Part shown: positions 33,320 through 38,301 of the stretch, piece by piece | Layout of the letters: each line of letters opens with the position of its first letter | Position numbering within the stretch: position 1 is the first letter of the stretch | Virus record (IMG/VR): IMGVR_UViG_3300044641_003116 | Span: 1 to 38,301 of that record | Reading direction: 5' to 3' (one strand) | Source of the DNA: a virus | Lineage: Duplodnaviria; Caudoviricetes | Length of the DNA: 38,301 bases | Notes under the pieces: model-generated | Databases searched by the model: none | The model's input: the letters and a program-made list of their open reading frames with translations, nothing else | What the model was told of the DNA's origin: nothing | Program-made: the position numbers and the translations under genes

Positions 33320-34192
33320 TTATTCAGTTATGCCGCCAGTCCAGTAACCGCCCATTCTGGCAGAGATGACTTGTGAATCGTTAAAGGGTGGAATGCGCCG
33401 CGCTTTGCCCTCGTTTGAGTCGCGAGCCTTAACAGGTGGCGCTACTGCCTTTTCATAGAACTGCCGCATTTGTTGAGCCTGTCCTGATGCGCCTTGTGTA
33501 TCTTGTGCGATGCAAGAGGCAAGCAGGAATGAGAATGCCGTTACAAAATCAGCCGGATAATCGGTCACGTCTGTGATTCGCTGAATGTATTTAAGGTTGA
33601 TCGTTTCCTCATCGGTAAGGATTAGCCCTTTCTCAACGGTAAAATCAGCGCCCGCATCTTCCATCTGCCCGCCGCCTGCATTGAGCGAAATTACGCGCAA
33701 GCAGTCAGCCGGTGGAGTGTGCTGAAAGTCCCAGTCAAACTGTGGAATGCCGACGACGCTGCCCGTGTCATTTGTGTAAGTGCCAGCAAACACTGATTCG
33801 TCGAGCGTAAAGTTATTGTTGTCGATGCGAGTCACATACCATTGGCCATTGGCTAAAGTGACGCCCACCACGTCCTTAACATAAACGCGATCACCAGTGA
33901 CGTAACCGTGAGCCGTGAGTGTAATCTTAACCAGCCCGCCTTCATTAGTAACTGCCGCGCCCGTTAGCGTTTGATAGGTGACAGTCTGCCGCTTTCTAGC
34001 TGTGGCAAAATTCCATGGATGAGCGCGCAATGCCTCATCAAGTGCCGTATAAACTGGCGTTCCTGCGTCTGGATTATACCACTTCCGCAAGCTTGCCGCT
34101 TGTTGAGTCGTGTCAGTGGAAAGCGCAGTCAGCGCCCTTCCACCAAGATGGGCAATTGCAAGGTTTGCGATCTCTGTAGCAGTGGCGGCCAT
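33320..34192 (-). CDS. Tail tubular protein A (adaptor) with an inserted beta domain
   Basis: EIANLA...LG, LR.HPWNFA, P.DCLRV, F......LA..IA. Confidence 0.88.
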   Translation of the reverse strand: MAATATEIANLAIAHLGGRALTALSTDTTQQAASLRKWYNPDAGTPVYTALDEALRAHPWNFATARKRQTVTYQTLTGAAVTNEGGLVKITLTAHGYVTGDRVYVKDVVGVTLANGQWYVTRIDNNNFTLDESVFAGTYTNDTGSVVGIPQFDWDFQHTPPADCLRVISLNAGGGQMEDAGADFTVEKGLILTDEETINLKYIQRITDVTDYPADFVTAFSFLLASCIAQDTQGASGQAQQMRQFYEKAVAPPVKARDSNEGKARRIPPFNDSQVISARMGGYWTGGITE

Positions 34193-34206
34193 AATGGTAA
34201 TGATTC

Positions 34207-34245
34207 AAGAAAAAGGGAGGCCCCTTAATACACAAGGAGCCTCCC
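34207..34245 (-). terminator. Intrinsic terminator after the decoration gene
   Basis: GGGAGGCTCCTT/AAGGGGCCTCCC stem plus a T-rich tail. Confidence 0.85.
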
Positions 34246-34265
34246 GAGGTCAACCAACGGGAAGG

Positions 34266-34733
34266 TTAATTCCAGTCCACGTATTCGATCTCAAAGTAGA
34301 GAACGACTGAAGCCGTGACCGTATTAGCTGAGGCAATGGTCACGATGACGGCGCTATTGTCAGTGGTGACAGTAGGAGCCAAATCGGCAGCGGTGCCAGC
34401 AACGGCAGAACCAAAGCTAATGGTGCCACCGCTCGAGAGAACGATGCCGTCAGCGTAAAGGTCTGCATTGGAGCTTGTGCCGATGTCAAGCGTGAGCGTG
34501 GTGCCAGGATCAACGCATGAAACCGCTGAACCTGCCCGAGAAAGCGAAGCGCCTTTAGGAAGGTAGCAGAGATTAAACGTGTCGTTCGCAGCTTCACTTC
34601 CGGTGGTGGTATAGGAAGCGCGGAGCTTCTTAACCGTGCCGCCAGTAGCGCCAGTGCGGTTTGGACGTTCGGAGCCGTCAAGGAGGGCGGCAGCTTGTGC
34701 CGTGAAGAGTGAGGAGTCAGTAAGAGCAGCCAT
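34266..34733 (-). CDS. Capsid decoration/cement-like protein
   Basis: Start MAALTDSS; LPKGA, TLDIG; beta-rich; directly after the capsid gene. Confidence 0.7.
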   Translation of the reverse strand: MAALTDSSLFTAQAAALLDGSERPNRTGATGGTVKKLRASYTTTGSEAANDTFNLCYLPKGASLSRAGSAVSCVDPGTTLTLDIGTSSNADLYADGIVLSSGGTISFGSAVAGTAADLAPTVTTDNSAVIVTIASANTVTASVVLYFEIEYVDWN

Positions 34734-34760
34734 AAGAATATTTTTTGAGGGTAAAGGTTT

Positions 34761-34788
34761 AAGAAAGGGGCGGTTTTTACACCGCCCC
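34761..34788 (-). terminator. Intrinsic terminator after the major capsid gene
   Basis: GGGGCGGT/ACCGCCCC stem plus TTTCTT. Confidence 0.8.
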
Positions 34789-34800
34789 AATCAGTTCAGG

Positions 34801-35700
34801 TTATGGAGTTTCGTCGCTGTAAAGACGCACAACCTTTTCGTTTTCAGTGCGAACGGCACCGAGCATCATGGTTGAGCGAATCTGAAGAGCGTGACGACGC
34901 TGTGGCAGGATGTCCATGCGAGTCTGACGGTCGCTCATGGCGAACTTGATGGCAGACTTGTGGAAGGCGAAGCAGCTACGGATGTCAGCAACACCGGAAA
35001 CGGTGCCAACTGGCAGGCGCTGAGACTTCAGGAATTTGAATCCGAGGAAGGTGTCAACCTTGCCATCAACCAGAGCTTTGACCGTGTTGAAGTCAGCGCT
35101 TGTCAGGTTGGTGTCGCGGAGGAGATCTTGCTCTTGCTGCGCGCCGATGACGATGTAACGCTCGGAATCAGGCACCTCGCTCACGTCCATGAGATACTTG
35201 GCGCGGCGCAATTTTGCGAGCGTCATACCAATGGAAGTTGGAGAGCCAGTCTCAGCGTAGTTGGCAGCGATGGATTGACCGCCTGGGAAGCTGTCAGTCG
35301 TGGTGCCGTCTTCGCCGATGTAGCGGGTAGCATCAAAGGCGCTGATAATCACGTCATCGGTGGCGCGGTTGAATGCCATTGCGTGGCTTTGAACTTCGTC
35401 AGAAGTTGGCAATACGATGGTGCCAAGGAAGTGCTTGTCCCATTCGTCGAAGGTTGTGACCTTTTCCTTTGGACGTTGGGTAAGCCAATACTTGGAGCCG
35501 TCAAACTCTCCGTCTGGAGTGTCGCCCTTACGAGTAAGGATGTCTTGTGCCTCGCTGTCATTCAGGAGGTTGAACCATTTCTTCTTGCCGGTGAAATCGG
35601 CGCGAGTAATGGAGCTAAGCAAACGGGAATCCATCTGCTGTAGAACTTGGTCGAACGATGTCTGAAACATCGTTGGGTAGAAGGTATCAATAGTAGCCAT
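34801..35700 (-). CDS. Major capsid protein
   Basis: LQQ..SRL, A.NR..DD.II, SADFNTVKALV.G.VDTFLGFKF, GAVR.E..KVV; synteny after the scaffold. Confidence 0.92.
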   Translation of the reverse strand: MATIDTFYPTMFQTSFDQVLQQMDSRLLSSITRADFTGKKKWFNLLNDSEAQDILTRKGDTPDGEFDGSKYWLTQRPKEKVTTFDEWDKHFLGTIVLPTSDEVQSHAMAFNRATDDVIISAFDATRYIGEDGTTTDSFPGGQSIAANYAETGSPTSIGMTLAKLRRAKYLMDVSEVPDSERYIVIGAQQEQDLLRDTNLTSADFNTVKALVDGKVDTFLGFKFLKSQRLPVGTVSGVADIRSCFAFHKSAIKFAMSDRQTRMDILPQRRHALQIRSTMMLGAVRTENEKVVRLYSDETP

Positions 35701-35842
35701 ATTGGCAGGGAATTAGAGAGGTGAAGTTGAGCCGCCCTTGTGAGCGACTGAGGAAGTGTCATGTCTTCCCGGTTCTTCGGTTCTCCGCTGTTTGCGGGCC
35801 TATGTCCGGCATACAGCTTATCCTTGCGGGGCCGTTGTTACC
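35701..35842 (-). ncRNA. Structured 5' leader of the capsid mRNA
   Basis: Four hairpins, two of which share a C / A(U,G)AA internal loop. Confidence 0.55.
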
Positions 35843-35844
35843 CT

Positions 35845-35872
35845 ATATTCTCACATCTGAGAAAAGATGCAA
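35845..35872 (-). promoter_or_regulatory. Capsid promoter with a TTCTCA-N4-TGAGAA palindrome
   Basis: TTGCAT-N16-GAATAT; palindrome at 35848-35863. Confidence 0.6.
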
Positions 35873-35876
35873 GCAC

Positions 35877-35909
35877 AAAAAAGCGGCCCCCATTTCTGAG
35901 AGCCGCTTT
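35877..35909 (-). terminator. Intrinsic terminator after the scaffold gene
   Basis: AAAGCGGCTCTCA-GAAA-TGGGGGCCGCTTT plus T run. Confidence 0.85.
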
Positions 35910-35922
35910 ATTGTAATGTTTT

Positions 35923-36786
35923 TTACTTCGCCCGCGATGCGTTGAAAAGCCCTTGGAGCTTTTCCAATGCTGCCTGTTGAGCCTCTGGCCCGTTCTTGCC
36001 GTTGAAGTCGTCACCTTTTTGGATGCGCTCCATCTGCTCTTTGTAAGTGACTTGAGAGTCAGAGCTGATCAGCCCTTTGTCGTCGCGGAAATCTTCATCA
36101 CGTTGAAGCACTAGTTTTGCCAGTTCTCGCTGAACCATCCTTACATCAGCGTCAGGGTCAAAAGCAGTCTTGTCTACGCGTGATGCCGCTGCACCTCGAT
36201 CAATCGCTTGCCAGTTGCTCACGGCGTCGTTTCCCCATTCTTTCGTCAGAATATCAACAAAATGATCTTTATGTGAAATTTTTACAAAATCTTCAGACTT
36301 TGCCACAAAGCTGCTAATATTCTCATTATTGAGATTAATCAACTCGTGCAAAGCTTCCGGTGGCACTCCGTATTTGTGAGCAATGCCCGCAGCTTTGCCT
36401 GCTAGTTCAGCATTCCATTCAACGCCTTCAGGAAGGTTGTCAGGTGCCTTGATGCCGTAATCTTCCGGCTTTTCAGGCGCTCCGGTAAACTTGCGAAGAT
36501 CGGCGTAATACTTGGCCTGATCCTCTGGCGATGCGTCGGCCCCAGGTTTCTTTGGAGCCTGCGACTTCGAGGAAAAAGCTTTTTCTAGATTGGCGTAGCT
36601 GATGGCTAGCTGATCTAGCTTGGCCTCGCCCTTCTGTGCATCCCAAAACTTTTCAGGAATGTAATCAGGCCGCGTTACCGTTGAAGGCGCTGCCTCAATT
36701 GGCGTCGTTGTTGTTTCAGTTGTGACCGCAGCTTGCGTTTGCAATGCGTTGTCCGCTGGTGGTGGTGGTGTAGTTTCGGTTTCCAT
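35923..36786 (-). CDS. Capsid scaffolding/assembly protein
   Basis: Low-complexity N-terminus, RPDYIPEKFW, LA.SY.NLEK, PEKPEDY, EWG; synteny. Confidence 0.8.
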   Translation of the reverse strand: METETTPPPPADNALQTQAAVTTETTTTPIEAAPSTVTRPDYIPEKFWDAQKGEAKLDQLAISYANLEKAFSSKSQAPKKPGADASPEDQAKYYADLRKFTGAPEKPEDYGIKAPDNLPEGVEWNAELAGKAAGIAHKYGVPPEALHELINLNNENISSFVAKSEDFVKISHKDHFVDILTKEWGNDAVSNWQAIDRGAAASRVDKTAFDPDADVRMVQRELAKLVLQRDEDFRDDKGLISSDSQVTYKEQMERIQKGDDFNGKNGPEAQQAALEKLQGLFNASRAK

Positions 36787-36794
36787 AGGAAAGA

Positions 36795-37187
36795 TCAAAG
36801 GCCGTTAGCTTTGCAAAATTGCGAGTAAGCGTCGTTGCCGTAATGATTAACAAAGCATCGCGCAAAGTATGACGTGCCGAAAATGCCCCATTTAGAGCTA
36901 ATGGCAAAAGTAATGCCTGCCGCTAGATCATCACAACTAGCGGCAGGCTCCGACGCCGGCGGATTACCGACAACCTCCGGCGCGGAAATTGGTTCAACCG
37001 TTAAGGATTCGTTGACAGTTGGCGCTTCAGCGACTTCAAAGGTTAGCCCGGCAATGCCTGCGACTTGGCGAATTTGCCCAATGATGCGCGGCGCTGGTTT
37101 GGCGTTCATCCATGCAATGTTGCCGATGATATTGCCAATGATTTCGCCGTCGCGGTCGATTTGATTGTCTGGTGTGATCGTGATCAT
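36795..37187 (-). CDS. Hypothetical protein, 130 aa
   Basis: Start MITITPDN at 37187 (ATGA overlap). Confidence 0.65.
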   Translation of the reverse strand: MITITPDNQIDRDGEIIGNIIGNIAWMNAKPAPRIIGQIRQVAGIAGLTFEVAEAPTVNESLTVEPISAPEVVGNPPASEPAASCDDLAAGITFAISSKWGIFGTSYFARCFVNHYGNDAYSQFCKANGL

Positions 37188-37465
37188 GTTTCTTGTTCTT
37201 GAGGTTTCTCGGCTTCTGGAATGCCCTTTAAGTGCATCGTAAATAGCCATCGAAGCGGTTCTTTTTGCCCTTCGCGGAATGCTGCTTTAACTACATCGCC
37301 GCCTTGCTCGAAAGCGGGATTAAGAATACCGCCCACGTCTGCGTTGAGTGAGCGGAAAACTAGCTGAAAATCCGGCTTGTCGAAGAGTCGAAGAGCGGCT
37401 TTTAACACGTCCTTCTTTTCGTCGGCAGTGAGCGGCGTCAGTAGCTCAGGTGATGATGGTGTCAT
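37184..37465 (-). CDS. Conserved post-portal protein (Bbp19-like)
   Basis: LF......V...L and AFREGQK motif; directly after the portal. Confidence 0.7.
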   Translation of the reverse strand: MTPSSPELLTPLTADEKKDVLKAALRLFDKPDFQLVFRSLNADVGGILNPAFEQGGDVVKAAFREGQKEPLRWLFTMHLKGIPEAEKPQEQET

Positions 37466-37474
37466 GTGTGATGA

Positions 37475-38301
37475 TTACGCCCCGACTAATTCCTTCACTT
37501 TGTCAATACCGCCAGCACTATTTACAGCGCTGCCCATTTCCTTAGCCATCATGGCCGCTTGCTGCATTTGCTGTGCCTGTGCGCGTTGTTGTTGGATCGC
37601 TTGGACATCTTCACGCTTGCGAAGTAGGCCTTCAGGGGCGCCGACAAGCCTTGATTTCTCGCGGATGTAAAAAGCCGTGTCAATGTTGTCCATAACCGTA
37701 GGATCAATGGCAGCAATCGAAGCGGCCGTTTGCATGACCTCATCGGCTCCGCGTGCGTTCCAGCTATCAATCGCCATCGCCAGCCGTGACGTGAGCGCAA
37801 TCTCTGGGTCGGCGACTTGCACAAAACCACGGCCGACAAGCTCATAGGCTTCTTGCGGAGGTGGTGGAAGCAAGCCATTCTCAGCGCAAAGCTCAAAGGC
37901 ACGGCGTAGATGCGGCTCAATCGTTTCACGAACGTCGCGGTGATAGATAGGCCCCACAGTGTCCAGCTTCTCACCTGCACGTTGTGCCACTTCATAAGCA
38001 GTCATCTCGCGGTCGATGCTTGCGAACATCTGGAACATATCAAGCGAGCAGAGGCGCTTGATCATGTCTTGACGCATACGCACACGTTCCAAAGCAACGC
38101 TCCATTCACCTGTGACCGGCACAGGATAAACACTTTCAGGCCCCATGCCGGAAGGGTAATAATTCAGCGCCCGTGCTGCCGTTTTAAGACTGCCCTCGAA
38201 TGTGTCAGGAACAAGCATCGGAGGGAAGACTTGCTTCTCTGCGAACACGTCCATCATCTGCTGAATGAAATTAAGCTGGCGAGCTTCTGGCAGGATGGCA
38301 A
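37475..38301 (-). CDS. Portal (head-tail connector); 5' part truncated by the window edge
   Basis: Frame open to the right edge (AILPEARQLNF..PP); MTAYEV..R..EK....GP; Gln-rich C-terminus. Confidence 0.92.
   Translation of the reverse strand, partial: AILPEARQLNFIQQMMDVFAEKQVFPPMLVPDTFEGSLKTAARALNYYPSGMGPESVYPVPVTGEWSVALERVRMRQDMIKRLCSLDMFQMFASIDREMTAYEVAQRAGEKLDTVGPIYHRDVRETIEPHLRRAFELCAENGLLPPPPQEAYELVGRGFVQVADPEIALTSRLAMAIDSWNARGADEVMQTAASIAAIDPTVMDNIDTAFYIREKSRLVGAPEGLLRKREDVQAIQQQRAQAQQMQQAAMMAKEMGSAVNSAGGIDKVKELVGA

Noticed and set aside
34891-35643. 250-aa ORF antisense to the capsid gene
   Set aside because: Codon-aligned antisense frame expected from the strong codon bias of a highly expressed gene; no recognisable motifs
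1-38301. Stop-codon reassignment, tRNA genes, introns or inteins
   Set aside because: Genes tile densely under the standard code, no cloverleaf was seen, and TerL and DnaB are normal length and uninterrupted

Overview
Nearly complete genome of a tailed dsDNA phage of podovirus type, roughly 50% GC. The window opens inside the small gene that normally precedes the portal and closes inside the portal, so probably only about 1 kb is missing if the map is circular (inference). Almost all genes are on the minus strand. In map order: portal, scaffold, major capsid, decoration protein, tail tubular A and B, three ejection proteins; tail fibre and lysis genes; an early/replication block (RHH protein, Bet/RecT, PD-(D/E)XK exonuclease, SNF2 helicase-methyltransferase fusion, VRR-NUC, SSB-like protein, C5 methyltransferase, replication initiator, DnaB); TerS and TerL. 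A 3.1-kb plus-strand accessory cassette with a four-paralogue array lies between the ejection and tail fibre modules. I see no integrase, CI-type repressor, DNA or RNA polymerase, tRNA or CRISPR array. Highlights: (1) a C5 methyltransferase encoded across two fully overlapping frames for over 1 kb, with motif IX in the second frame; (2) a C4/CI-like antisense RNA-terminator element directly upstream of it, and a second switch-like leader; (3) a TCTCA-N4-TGAGA palindrome at promoter-like positions; (4) an ATCATCAC motif in place of Shine-Dalgarno sequences; (5) an ART-like domain bounded by 15-bp direct repeats inside the giant ejection protein. All family calls come from motif recognition by eye; no searches were run.
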